From: the human T2T-CHM13v2.0 reference genome, Homo sapiens
DNA: 64,000 nucleotides
Strand: one strand, 5' to 3'
Assembly (NCBI RefSeq): GCF_009914755.1
Contig: NC_060928.1
Shown: positions 15,366 through 28,880 of the stretch, one piece after another
Position numbering within the stretch: the first letter of the stretch is position 1
How the letters are laid out: every line of letters begins with the position of its first letter
Position numbers and translations under genes: made by a program
The notes under the pieces: generated by a model
The model's input: the letters and a program-made list of their open reading frames with translations, nothing else
Database searches by the model: none
What the model was told of the DNA's origin: nothing

Positions 15366-15429
15366 TTTCTTTCGACAGGATCTCACTCTGTCACCCAGGC
15401 TGGAGTGCAGTGCCACAATGTCAGCTCAC
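15366..15429 (-). mobile_element. Alu 3'-end fragment, well-preserved type A
   Basis: tttctttcgacaggatctcactctgtcacccaggctggagtgcagtgccacaatgtcagctcac. Confidence 0.92.
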
Positions 15430-17159
15430 ATTTCATTTCCCCATTCCCTTCCCTTCCATTCCATTCCCTTCCCTACCCTTCCATTACATTCCATTCCCCT
15501 AAATTCCATTCCACTCCACTCCACTCCACTGCACTCCACTCCATTCTATTCCATTCTTTTCCACTCCATTTCATTCCAATATTTTCTTTCGACAGGATCT
15601 CACTCTGTCACCCAAAATGGAGTGCAATTACAAAACCCCAGCTCACATTTCATTTCATCATTCCATTCCATTCCATTCCATTCCCCTAAATTCCATTCCA
15701 CTCCACTCCACTCAACTTCACTCCACGCCACTCCACTCCACTCCACGCCACTGCAGTCATTCCACTCTACTCCATTCCATTCCATTCCATTATTTCGAAA
15801 TGGATCTCACTCTGTCACCCAGACTGGAGTGCAGTGGCACAATCTTAGCTCACATTTAATTTCTCCATTCCATTCCATTCCTTTCCATTCCATTCCATTC
15901 CATTCCATTAAACCCCATTCCATTCCATTTCATTCAATTCCATCACATTCCATTCCACCGCATTCCATTCCATTCCCTCCTTTCGACGGGATATCACTGT
16001 GTCAAAAAAGGCTGGAATACAGGGGCACAATCTCAGCTCACATTTCATTTCACCATTCCATTGTATTCCTTTCCTTTCCATTCCATTCCGTCCCACTACA
16101 CTCAATTCCACTCCACTCCACTCCCCTCCCCTCCCCCGTTCCATTCCATACCATTCCATTCCATTGCATTCCACTCCATTCCAATCAACTCCACTCCACT
16201 CCACTTCACTCCAATCCACTCCACTCCATTCCATTCCATCCCATTCCATTTCACTCCATTTCTCTCCACTCCACTCACCTCCACTCCATTACTTCCACTC
16301 CATCCCATTCCATTCCACTCCTTTCTATTCCATTCCACTCCACTGCACTCCACTCCATTCCATTTCATTCCATTCCATTCCATTTCACTCCATTCCGTTC
16401 CATTCCTCTCTTTCGAGAGGATCTCACTCTGTCACCCAGGCTGGAGTGCAGTGGCAGTATCTCAGCTCACATTTCATTTCACCATTCCATTCGATTGCAT
16501 TCCATTCCATTCCATTGCATTCCATTGCATTCCATTCCATTGCAATGCATTCAATTCCATTCCATCCCTTTCCATTCCACTCCTGCGAATTCCACTCCAC
16601 TCTACTCCACTGCATTCCATTCCATTCCATTCCATTCCATACAACACCATTCCATTCAACTCCACTCCACTCCACTCCATCCCATTCCATCCCGTTCCAT
16701 TCCACTCCATTCCACTATAATGCAGTCCACTCCACTCCATTCCATTCCATTCCATTCTACACCTGTCCATTCCATTCCTTTCTTTCGACAGTATTTCACT
16801 CTGTCACACTGGCTGGAGTGCAGTGTTACAATCTCAGCTCATATTTCATTTCATCATTCATTTCTATTCCATTACATTCCTTTCCATTCCATTCATTTCC
16901 ATTCCACTATATTCCATTCCACTCCACTGCACTCCACTCCACTCCACTCTGCTCCACTCCATTCAATTTCGTTCCATTCCACTCCACTCTACTCCACTCC
17001 TTTCCATGCCACTCCACTCCACTACATTCAATTCCATCCAATTCCATACCACTCCACTCCTCTCCCCAACACTCCACTCCACTCCCCTCCATTTCATTCC
17101 ATTGGATTCCATCCCATTACATTCCTCTACACTCCTGTCCACTCCTCTCCACTCCCTTC

Positions 17160-17985
17160 CATTCCATTCCTCTCCACTCCATTCCACTCCAGTCCACTCC
17201 TATCCACTCCACTACACTCCATTCCATTCCACTCCACTCAATTACTTTCCTTACATTCGACAGGATGTCACTCTGTCGCCCATTCTGGAGTACTGTGGCA
17301 GAATCTCAGCTTACATTTCATTTCACTAATCCATTCCATTCCATTCCACTCCACTCCACTCCACTGCACTTTACTCCACTCCACTCCACTGCACTCCACT
17401 CCACTCCTTTCCATTCTATTCCACTCCATTCCACTCCATTCCATTCCATTCCACGTGACTCCATTCCACTCTCTGCCACTCCACTCCACTGCACTCCATT
17501 CCATTACAGTCCATCCCATTCCATTCCACTCCACACCACTCCACTCCACACCGCTCCACTCCACTCCCTTCATTCCATTCCTCTCCACTCCATTCCACTC
17601 CACTCCACTCCTATCCACTCCACTACACTCCATTCCATTCCACTCCACTCAATTACATTCCTTACATTCGACAGGATGTCACTCTGTCGCCCATTCTGGA
17701 GTACTGTGGCAGAATCTCAGCTTACATTTCATTTCACTAATCCATTCCATTCCATTCCACTCCACTCCACTCCACTGCACTTTACTCCACTCCACTCCAC
17801 TGCACTCCACTCCACTCCTTTCCATTCTATTCCACTCCATTCCACTCCATTCCATTCCATTCCATTCCACGTGACTCCTTTCCACTCTCTGCCACTCCAC
17901 TCCACTGCACTCCATTCCATTACAGTCCATCCCATTCCATTCCACTCCACACCACTCCACTCCACACTGCTCCACTCCACTCCAT
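17160..17985 (+). repeat. Near-perfect tandem duplication, ~411-bp unit
   Basis: Identical fragment cgacaggatgtcactctgtcgcccattctggagtactgtggcagaatctcagcttac at 17251 and 17662; shared ccacgtgactcc and cattacagtcc. Confidence 0.92.
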
Positions 17986-19369
17986 TCCATTCCATTTCTT
18001 TCTTTCGACAGCATCTCACTCTGTCACCCAGGCTGGCGTGCTGTGGCACAAATTCGGCTCACATTTCATTTCACTATTCCATTCCATTCTATTCCATTGC
18101 ATTCCATTCCTTTGCATTCCATTCCATTGCATTCCATTCCATTCTATTCCACTCCATTCTATTCCACTCGACTCCGTTCCACTCTCCGCCACTCCAGTCC
18201 ACTCCACTCCACTGCACTCGATGGCATTCCATTCCATCCCATGTCATTGCACTCCAATCCATTCTAGTCCACTCCAATCCACTCCCCTCCACCATAATCC
18301 ATTCCATTCCATCAGATTCCATTCCACTCCATTCCACTCAACTCCATTCCACTCCACCCCATTCCATTCAACTCCACTCCACTCCACTCCGTTCCATTCC
18401 ACTCCATTTCACTCAACTCCAATCCACTCCACTCCTTCCTATTACAATTCTTTCTTTTGACAGGATCTCCCTCTGTCACACAGGCTGTAGTGCAGTGGCA
18501 CAATCTAAGTATCCATTTCATTCCATTCCATTCCATTCCACTCCATTTCACTCCCATCCACTCCACTCTATTCCATTCCACTCCACTCCACTACACTCCA
18601 CTACACTCCATTCAACTCCTTGTGTTTCCATTCCACTCCATTCCATTCCACTCCTTTCCAGTAAATTGCACTCAACTCCTTTCCACTCCATTTCACTCCA
18701 CTCCATTCCATTCCACTCAACTGCACTGCACTTCACTACACTCCATTCCATTCCATTCCACCACACTCCACTCCATTCCATTCCTTTACCATTCATTCCA
18801 TTCCATTTCACTTCAGTCAATTCCATTCCATTCCACTCAACTCCAATCCACTCCACTTCTTCCCATTAGAATTATTTCTTTCGACAGGATCTCCCTCTAT
18901 CACACAGGCTGTAGCGCAGTGGCACAATCTCAGCACCAATTCCATTCCATTCCATTCCACTCAGTTCCATTCCATTCCATTCAATTCCACTGAACTCCAC
19001 TCCACGCAACTCCATTCCATTCCAGTCCACTACATTCCATTCCATTCCATTCCACTCCACTCCATTGCACTGCTCTCCATCCCACTCCACTCCAATCCAT
19101 TCCACTCCATTCCACTCCACTCCGTTACATTAATCTCCAATTCCACTCCACTCCACTCCACAACACTCCACTACACTCCTTCCCATTCCACTCCTTTCTT
19201 TTGACAGGTTCCCCTACTGTCACATAGGCTGTAGCACAGTGGCACAGTCTAAGTATCCATTTCGTTCCATTCCATTCCATTCAACTCCATTTCACTCCAC
19301 TCCACTCTATTCCATTCCACTCCACTCCACTCCACTCCATTCCATTCCACTCCACTCAACTCCATTCCA

Positions 19370-19700
19370 CTCCACTCAACTCCATTCTAGTCGACTCCAG
19401 TCCATTCCACTCCATTCCAGTGAATTCCACTCCACTCCATTCTATTCCACTCCACTCCATTGCATTCCACCACACTCCATTGCACTCCACTCCACTCCAT
19501 TTCACTCCACTCCACTCCACTGCACTCCATTCCATTCCACTCCACTCCACTCCATTCCACTCAACTCCATTCCAGTTGACTCCAGTCCATTCCACTCCAT
19601 TCCAGTAAATTCCACTCCACTCCATTCTATTCCGCTATACTCCATTGCATTCCACCACACTCCATTGCACTCCACTCCACTCCACTCCATTCTACTCCAT
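19370..19700 (+). repeat. Tandem duplication, 185-bp offset
   Basis: gactccagtccattccactccattccagt..attcc at 19393 and 19578, with shared downstream tgcattccaccacactccattgcac. Confidence 0.75.
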
Positions 19701-22700
19701 TCCTTTCCATTCCACTCCACTCCCTTCCATTCAATTCCACTCCAGTCCATTTCACCCCACTCCAGTCCATTCCACTCCACTCCATCCCATTCCACTCCTC
19801 TCCATTCCATTCCATTCCACTCAACTCTAATCCATTAAACTCCACTCCCCGCCATTCCACATCACTCCACTCCTCTCCACTCCATTCCACTCCACTCCAC
19901 TCCACTCAATCCCATTATACTCCTTTCTCTCGACAGGATCTCCCTCTATCACACAGGCAGTAGCTTAGTGGCATGATTACAGCACACATTTCATTCCGTT
20001 CCATTCCATTCTGTTCCGTTCCATTCCTTTCCACTCCACTCCACTCCCCTCCACTATATTCCATTACATCCGATTCCATTCCACTCCATTCGGCTCCACT
20101 CCACTTCACTGCACTTCATTCCACTCCATTTCACTCCATTCCTTTCCACTCCACCCCACTCAACTCCACTCCATTCCATTCCATTGCATTCCATTTCACT
20201 GCACTCCACTGCACTCCACTCAATTCCACTCCACACCAATCTACTTTATTACATTCCATTTCATTCCACTCTACTCCACTTCACACCTCTCCATTCCATT
20301 CCACTCCACTCCATTTCATTCCAGTTCATTCCACTCCACTCCACTGCACTCCACTCCACTTCATCCATTGCACTCCATTCCATTGCACTCCACTCCACTC
20401 CACTCCTTTCCATTCCATTCCATTCCATTGCACTGCACTCCACTCCACCCCCTCCATTCAGTTCCATTCCATTCCATTACATTTCTCTCCACTCTCCTCC
20501 ACTCCACTTCATTCAATTGCACTCCACTCCATTCCATTCCATTCCAGTCCACTCTACTCCACTCCAGTGCACTCCACTCCACTCCATTCTACTCCACTCC
20601 ACTCCAATCCAATCCACTCCAGTCCACTACATCGCATTCCACTCTTTTCATTCGACAGGATCTCCCTCTGTCACACAGGCTGCAGTGCAGTGGCACAATC
20701 TCAGCACCCATTACATTCCACACCATTCCATTCCATTCCAGTGCATTCCATTCCATTTCATTCCATTCCATTTCTTTCCAGTCCACTCCACTCCACTCGA
20801 GTCCATTCCACTCCACTCCAGTCCTTTACACTCCACTCCAATCCATTCCACTCAACTCCATTCCACTTCACTGCACTCCGCTACACTCCATCACATTCCA
20901 CTCTTTTCTTTCGACAGGATCTCCGTCTGTCACACTGTAGTGCCGTGGCACAATCACAGCACCCATTCCATTCCATTCTATTCTATTCCATTCCATTATA
21001 TTACATTCCACTCAACTCCACTCCACCCCACTCCATTCCATTCCACTCCCCTCCATTCCATTCCACTCTACTACACTCCATTCCACACCACTCGACTACA
21101 CTCCACTCCATTGCCCTCCATTGCACTCCAATCCACTCCTCTCCACACCTCTCCACTCCACTCCATTGCATTCCAGTCCACTCCTTTCTAATCCATTCCA
21201 CTCCAGTCCATTCCACTGCATTCCAGTCAATTATACCCCATTCCATTCAATTCCCTTCCACTCCATTGCATTCCATTCCACTCAATTCCACTCCACTCCA
21301 CTACATTCCACTCCAATCCATTCCATTCCACTCCATTCCATTCCACTTCAGGCCTTTCCATTCCACTACACTACATTCCATTCCAATCCACTCCATTCCT
21401 TTCCTCTAATCCCCATTCCATTCCATTCCACTCCACTCCATCCACTCCTCTCCAATCCACTCCACTCCACTACATTCCACTCCACTCCACTCCACTGCAC
21501 TCCACCCAATCCCATTCCACTCCTTTCTTTCAACAGGCTCTCCCTCTGTCAAACAGGCTGTAGCACAGTGGCACAATCTCAGCACACATTCCGTTCCGTT
21601 CCATTATGTTTTGTTCCTTTCCATTCCGTTCCACTCCACTCAACTCAACTCCACCACATTCCATTACATCTGATTCCATTCCAATCCATTCCGCTCCTCT
21701 CAACTCTACTGCACTCCATTCCACTCCATTTCTTTCCATTCCTTTCAAATCCACTCCACTCTAAACAACTCCACTACATTGCATTCCATTCCATTCCACT
21801 CCACTGTAATCCACTCCACTGAATTCCACTCCACTCCACTCCACCTTTCCATTCCATTCCATTCTATTCCACTACACTCCACTCAAAACCACTGCATTTC
21901 ATTCCACTGCAGTCCATAGATTTCCATTCCATTACACTGGACTCCACTGCACTCCAGTCCACTACACTCCATTCAACTCCACTCAACTCCACTACACTCC
22001 ATTCCACTCCATTCCTTTCCTTTAAAATCCGTTCCGTTCCATTGAACTCCAGCCCATTCCACACCATTCCAGTAAATTCCACTCCATTCCATTCCATTCA
22101 ATTCCACTCCACTCCGTTCCATTCCATTCAACTCCACTACACTCCACTACGCTCCACTCTATTCCACCACACTCCATTCCATTCCACACCACTCCATTCC
22201 AATCATTTCCACTCAAGTCAATTCCACTCCACTCCAGTACATTCCACTCCACTCCATTCCACTATATTGTTTCATTCCACTCCACTCCATTCCATTCCAT
22301 TCCACTCCACTCCACTTCATTCCACTCCACTCCACTCCACTCCATTCCACTCCATTCCACTGAACTCCAATCCACAACACTCCTTCCCATTCCAATTCTT
22401 TCTTTCGACAGAATCTCCTTCTGTCACACAGGATGTAGTGCAGTGGCTCAATCTCTGCACTTATTCTATTCCATTCCATTCCATTCCATTCCATTCCACT
22501 GCTCTCCACTACCCTCCACTCAATTCCACTCCACTCCACTAAATTCCACTCCCCTCCACTTCACTTCATTCCATCCCATTCTATTCTACTCTACTCCAAT
22601 CCGCGCCTATCCATTCCATTCCACTCCTCTCCATTTCATTCCAGTTCATTCCATTTCATTCAATTCGACTAAACTCCACTCCACTTCATTCCGTTCCACT

Positions 22701-25700
22701 CCATTCCTTTCTGCTCCACTCCACACCATTCCATTCCACTCCACTCCATTGCATTCCATTCCATTCCATTCCATTCCATTGCACTACATTCCATTCCCTT
22801 CCATTCCATTCCACTACATTCCATTCCATTCCATTCCATTCCACTCCATTCCACTGCTCTCCACTCCACTCGACTCAAATCCATTCCACTCCACTCCACT
22901 CCATTCCATTCCATTCCATTCCATTCCATTCCATTCCATTCCATTCCAATCCATTTCATTAAACTCCACTCCACTCCATTCCACCACAGTCCACTCCATT
23001 CCTTTCTACTCAATTCCACTCCACCCCACTCCACTGCACTCCATTCCACTCCACTCCACTCCACTCCACTTCATTCCCCTCCACACCACTCTGTTCCTCT
23101 CCATTCCACTCCACTACACTCCACTTCACTCCACTCCATCCCATTCCACTCCTTTCGCTCGACAGGTTCTCCCTCTGTCACACAGGCTGTAGAGCAATGG
23201 CACAATCTCAACACCCATTCCTTTCCATTCCATTGCATTCTACTCCATTCCTTTCCGTTTCACTCAAGTCTACTCCACACCACTCCATTCCATTCCACTC
23301 CACTTCATTCCGTTGCATTCCATTCCACTCCACTCCATTCTACTCCACTCCACGACATTCCATTCCGTTCCACTCTATTCCATTCCATTCCACTCTAGTC
23401 CATACCACTCTACTCCAGTAAATTCCACTCCACTCCATTCCATTCCATTCCACTCCACCCTGTTCCATTACACACAATTCCTCTCCACTCCACTCCACTG
23501 CAATCCATTACACTCCACTTCACTCCATTCCATTCCACTCCATTCCATTCCATTCCACTCCAGTCCATTCCATTCCACTCAAGTCCATTCCAATCGATTC
23601 CACTCCATTCCACTCCACTCCACTCCATCCACTCCTCTCCACTCCATTGCACTCCACTCCACTGCATTCCACTCCACTACACTCCACTCCGTTCTGCTCC
23701 ACTCCACTCCACTCCACCCCATTCCATTCCATTTCACTCCTTTCTTTCAACAGGACCTCCCTCTGTCACACAGGCTGTAGCACAGTGACACAATCTCAGG
23801 ACACATTTTGTTCCGTTTCATTCTGTTTCCTTCCATTCCATTTTGTTCCACTCCACTCCATTCCATTCAACTGCATTCCAGTCCATTCCATTACGCACCA
23901 TTCCATTCCACTCCAGTCCATTCCATTCCATTCAACTCCACTCCACTCCATTCCACTACAGTCCCGTTCTTTCCATTTCACTGCACTCCATTCCATTCGA
24001 CTCTTCTCCACTCGATTCCACTCCACTCCACTCCATTAAAATCCACTCCACTGAATTCCACTCCATTCCACTCCACTCCACTCCATTCCACTCCACTCCA
24101 CTCCATTCCACTCCACTCCACTACACTACACTGCACTCCAACCCATTCCACTCCTTTCTTTCGACAGGGTCTCCTTCTGTCACACAAGGTGTTGTGCAGT
24201 GGCACAATCTCAGCACGCATTTCATTCCATTCTATTCCATTGCACTCCACTCCACTCCATACCACTCCACTGCACTCCACTCCATCCCATTCCACTCCTT
24301 TTATTCGACAGGATCTCCCACCGTCACACAGGCTGTAGCGCAGTGGCACAATCTCAACACCCGTTCTGTTCCATTCCGTTGCACTCTATTCCGTTCCATT
24401 CTGTTCCACTGCACTCCACTCCACTCCATTCCACTCCACTCCACTACATTCCATTACATAAGATTCCATTCCTGTCCATTCCACTACTCTCCACTGCGCT
24501 GCACTACATTCCACTTCATTCCACTCCATTCCATTCCACTCCACTTTAGTCCTCTCCACTCCTCTCTACTCCACTCCATGCCATTCCATTCCACTCCATG
24601 CCATTCCACTTCTCTCCAATCCACAACACTCCAATCCATTCCACTCCACTCCATTCTATTCCATTCCACTCCAATCCATTCCATTAAACTCCACTCCACT
24701 CCACTCCACCACACTCCACTCCATTCCTTTCTACTCCATTCCACTCCACCCCACCCCACTGAACTCCATTCCACTTCCCTCCACTCCAGTCCACTCCACT
24801 CCATTCCACTCCACTCCACTCCACTCCACTCCAGTCCACTCCACTCCATTCCACTCCACTCCACTCCACTCCACTCCATTCCAATCCACACCACTCCGTT
24901 CCTCTCCATTCCACTCCACTGCACTCCACTCCCATCCATTCCACTCCACTGCACTCCACTCCCCTCCATTCCACTCCACACCACTCTGTTCCTCTCCATT
25001 CCACTCCACTCCACTCCTCTCCACTCCATCCAAATCCACACCTTTCTTTATACAGGATCTCCCTCTGTCACACAGGCTGTAGCACAATGGCACAATCTCA
25101 ACACCCATTCCATTCCATTCCATGACATTCCATTCCATTCCTTTCAATTTCACTCAAATCTATTCCACGCCACTCCATTCCATTCCACTCCACTCCATTC
25201 TACTCCACTCCACTCCGCTCCATTCCACTCCACTCCACTCCATTCCACTCCATTCTACTCCATTCCATTCCACTCCTGTCCATACCACTCCACTCCAGTA
25301 AATTCCACTCTGTTCCATTCCATTCCATTCCACTCCGCCCCATTTCATTACACACAATTCCAATCCACTCCACTCCACTACACTACACTACACTCCATTC
25401 CACTCCACTCCACTCCTCTCCATTCCATTCCACTCCATTCCATTCCATTCCACTCCAGTATATTCCATTCCACTAAAGTCTATTCCACTCCACTCCACTC
25501 CACTCCTCTAAACTGCATTCCATTCCACTTCACTCCATTCCATTCCACACCTCTCCACTCCATCCACTCCTCTCCACTCCATTCCACTCCACTCCCTGCA
25601 TTCCACTCTACTCAACTCCACTCCACTTCATTCTGCTCCACTCCACTCCACTCCACCCCACTCCATCCCATTCCACTCCTTTCTTTCAACAGGATCTCCC

Positions 25701-27829
25701 TCTGTCACAGACTCTGTAGTGCAGTGGCACAATCTCAGCACACGTTTCGTTCCGATCCATTCCATTACGTTCCATTCCATTTTGTTCCACTCCATTCCAT
25801 TCCACTCCTCTCTACCCCATTCCATTCAACTCCATTCCAGTCCATTCCGTTCTACACCATTCCATTCCACTCCACTCCAGTCCATTCCATTCAACTCCAC
25901 TCCAGTCCATTCCACTACAATCCAATTGATTCCATTTCACTGCACTCCATTCCATTCCACTCCTCTCCACTCCATTCCTCTCCACTCCACTCCATTCCAC
26001 TCCACTACACTGCATTCCACTCCATTCCACTCCACTCCACTCCACTCCAACCCTTTCCACTCCTTTCTTTCAACAGGGTCTCCTTCTGTCACACAGGCTG
26101 TAGCACAGTTGCACAATCTCAGAACCCATTTCAATCCATTCTGTACCATTCATCTCCCTTCCACTCCACTCCTCTCCTCTCCACTCCATTCCACTCCATT
26201 CCATTCCATTCCAGTCCACTCCAGTCCATTCCACACCTTCCAGTAAATTCCACTCCACTCCATTCCATTCCATTACACTCCACTCGATTCTACTCCACTC
26301 CACTCCACTCGATTCCACTCCCCTCCACTTCATTCCATTCCATTGCATTCCAATCCATTCCATTCCACTAGAATTTTTTCCATTCCACCCCAGTCTATTC
26401 CGCACCACTGCAGTCCATTCCACTCCACTTCATTCCATTCCACTGCACTCCATTGCATTCCACTCCACTCCACTCCAATCCATTAACCTCCACTCCACTC
26501 CATTGTACACCTTTCCACCCCTCTCCACTGCATTCCACTCCAATCCACTCCATCCCATTCCACTACTTTCTTTCGACAGGGTCTCCATCACACAGGTTGT
26601 AGTGCAGTTGCACATACTCAGCACACATTCCGTTCCATTCCATTCCATTATATTCTGTTCCGTTCCGTTTCATTCCTTTCCACTCCACTCCACTCCAATA
26701 CATTACATTACCTCAAATTCCATTCCACTCCATTCCACTACTCTCTACTTCACTGCACTCCATTCCACTCCATTCCTTTCCACTCCACTCAAATCCACTC
26801 CATTCCATTCCACTCCATGCCATTCCATTCCACTGAACTCCACTACCCTCCACTCAATTGCACTCCACTCCACTTCATTCCATTCCATTCCATTCTACTC
26901 TACTCCACTCCACGTCTCTCCATTCCATTCCACTCCATTTCATTCCTTTCCAGTTCATTCCATGCCACTCCATTCCACTCCACTCCACTTCCTTCCATTC
27001 CACTCCATTCCAGTCCGCTCCACTCCACTCCATTCCATTCCACTCCACTGCATTGCATTCCACTCCATTCCATTCCACTCCAATCCAGTCCATTCCACTG
27101 CACTCCATTCCATTCCACTCGAATCCATTGGATTCCACTCCATTCCATTCCACTCGAATCCATTCGATTTCACTCCATTCCATTCCACTCCACTCCTCTC
27201 CTCTCCACTCCACTCCATCCCATTGCACTGCTTTTTTTGACAGGATCTCCTTCTGTCATAAAGTCTGTAGCGCAGTGGCACAAACTCAGCACCCATTCTA
27301 TTCCATTCCATTCCATTCCTCTCCACTCCACACCACTCCACTGCAATCAACTCCATCCCATTCCACTCCATTCTTTCGACAGGATCTCCCTGTGTCACAC
27401 AGGGTGCAGTGCAGTGGCACACTCTGAGAACCAGTTCCATTCCGTTCCATTGTATTCTGTTCCATTGCATTCCATTCCACTCCACTCCATTCCACTCCAC
27501 TCCACTACGTTCCATTATAAAAGATTCCATTCCACTTAATTCCACTCCTCTCCACTCCACTGCACTCGATTCCACTCCATTCCACTGCATTCCTTTCCAC
27601 TCCACTTCAATCCTCTCCACTCCACTCCACTCCACTCCACTCCAATCCACTCCACTCCACTCTACTCCACTCCACTCCATTCCATTGCATTCCATTCCAC
27701 TACATTACATTCCGTTCCATTCCATTGCAGTCCACTCCACTCAACTCAATTCTACTCCACTCCACTCCTCCGTTTCATGTAATTTGACTACATTCCATTC
27801 AATTCCACTCCACTCCACTCCATTCCACT

Positions 27830-28200
27830 TCATTCCACTCCACTCCACTTCATCCCATTCCACTCCTTTCTTTTGACAGGTTTTCCCTCTGTCACAAAGG
27901 CTATTTCACAGTGGCACAATCTCAGATCCCATTCCATGCCATTCCATTCCATTTTATTCCATTCCATTCCATTCCATTCCTTTCCAGTAAATTCCACTGA
28001 ACTCCATTCAATTCCAGTCCACTCCACTCCACTCCACTCCATTTCATCCCATTCCACTCCTTTCTTTTGACAGGGTTTCCCTCTGTCACAAAGGCTATTT
28101 CACAGTGGCACAATCTCGTATCCCATTCCATGCCATTCCATTCCATTTTATTCCATTCCATTCCTTTCCAGTAAATTCCACTGAACTCCTTTCAATTCCA
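27830..28200 (+). repeat. Tandem duplication, ~194-bp unit with Alu fragment
   Basis: ctctgtcacaaaggctatttcacagtggcacaatctc in fragments at 27867 and 28061, followed by catgccattcc..ttttattcc..ccagtaaattccactgaactcc in both. Confidence 0.9.
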
Positions 28201-28589
28201 TTCCACTCCACTTTATTCCCTTCCACTAAAATCCACTCCAGTCCACTCTACTCCACTCAATTCCACTCCACTCCACTCCACTCCATTCGATTCCATTCCA
28301 CTGCACTATATTCCACTCCCCTCCATTCCATTGCACTCTATTTGACTCCACTCCATACCATTCCATTCCATTGCACTCCACTTCTCTCCACTCCAAGCCA
28401 CTCCATTCCATTCCATTCCACTCCACTCCATTCCACAACACTGCGTTTCATTCCACTCCACTCCATTCTATTCCATTCCATTCCACTCCACTCCACTCCA
28501 CCCCAGGCCTCTCCGGTCCACTCCACTCCACTCCACTCCATTCCACTCCACTCCACTCCACTCCACTCCATTCCACTCCATTCCATAAT

Positions 28590-28880
28590 ATTACGTTCCA
28601 CATGATTCCATTCCATTCCACTCCAGTCCATTTCACTCCATTCCAGTAAATTCCACTCCACTCCATTCCATTCCATTCCACTCCACTGCATTCCATTCCA
28701 TTCCACTCTACTCCATTCCATTCCATTCCACTCCACTCCATTCCATTCCACTCCACTCCACTCCACTCCATTCCACCACACTCCACTCCATTACATTCTA
28801 CTCCATTCCATTCCATTACGTTCCACACGATTCCATTCCATTCCACTCCAGCCCATTCCACTCCATTCCAGTAAATTCCA
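28590..28880 (+). repeat. Duplication, 225-bp offset
   Basis: ttacgttccaca(t/c)gattcc...ttccagtaaattcc at 28591 and 28816. Confidence 0.75.

Larger units (their letters stand above)
53..18062 (-). mobile_element. Domain I: ~51 interspersed ~63-bp antisense Alu 3'-end fragments, mostly type A
   Basis: Type A consensus on +: TTTCTTTCGACAGGATCTCACTCTGTCACCCAGGCTGGAGTGCAGTGGCACAATCTCAGCTCAC then ATTTCATTTCACC; this is the reverse complement of the Alu right-arm 3' end. Approximate starts: 53,519,855,1242,1504,1936,2238,2415(B),2682,2869,3361,3792,4219,4651,5057,5553,5930,6342,6760,7117,7779,8221,8592,8974,9231,9596,9949,10145(B),10423,10584(B),10861,11063,11259,11411,11862,12239,12718,13034,13451,13673,14309(B),15122(B),15366,15583,15790,15981,16407,16779,17251,17662,17999. 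Confidence 0.9.
10730..18300 (+). repeat. ~4.5-kb-offset segmental duplication (~10730-13335 repeated at ~15240-18300)
   Basis: Same ordered variants: 10861/15366, 11063/15583 (cccaaaatggagtgcaattacaaaa), 11259/15790 (tttcgaaatggatc), 11411/15981 (aaaaaaggctggaatacagggg), 11862/16407, 12239/16779, 12718/17251, 13034/17999; satellite spacers also match (acacctgtcc, cattggattcc, gcactcgatggc). Confidence 0.92.

Noticed and set aside
15999-18869. Long + strand ORFs (956 aa here; also 885, 842, 794, 718 and 698 aa) of HSIPF/HSTPL repeats
   Set aside because: A G-poor pentamer repeat rarely produces stop codons. All three frames are open simultaneously, many starts are non-ATG, and there is no domain or codon structure.
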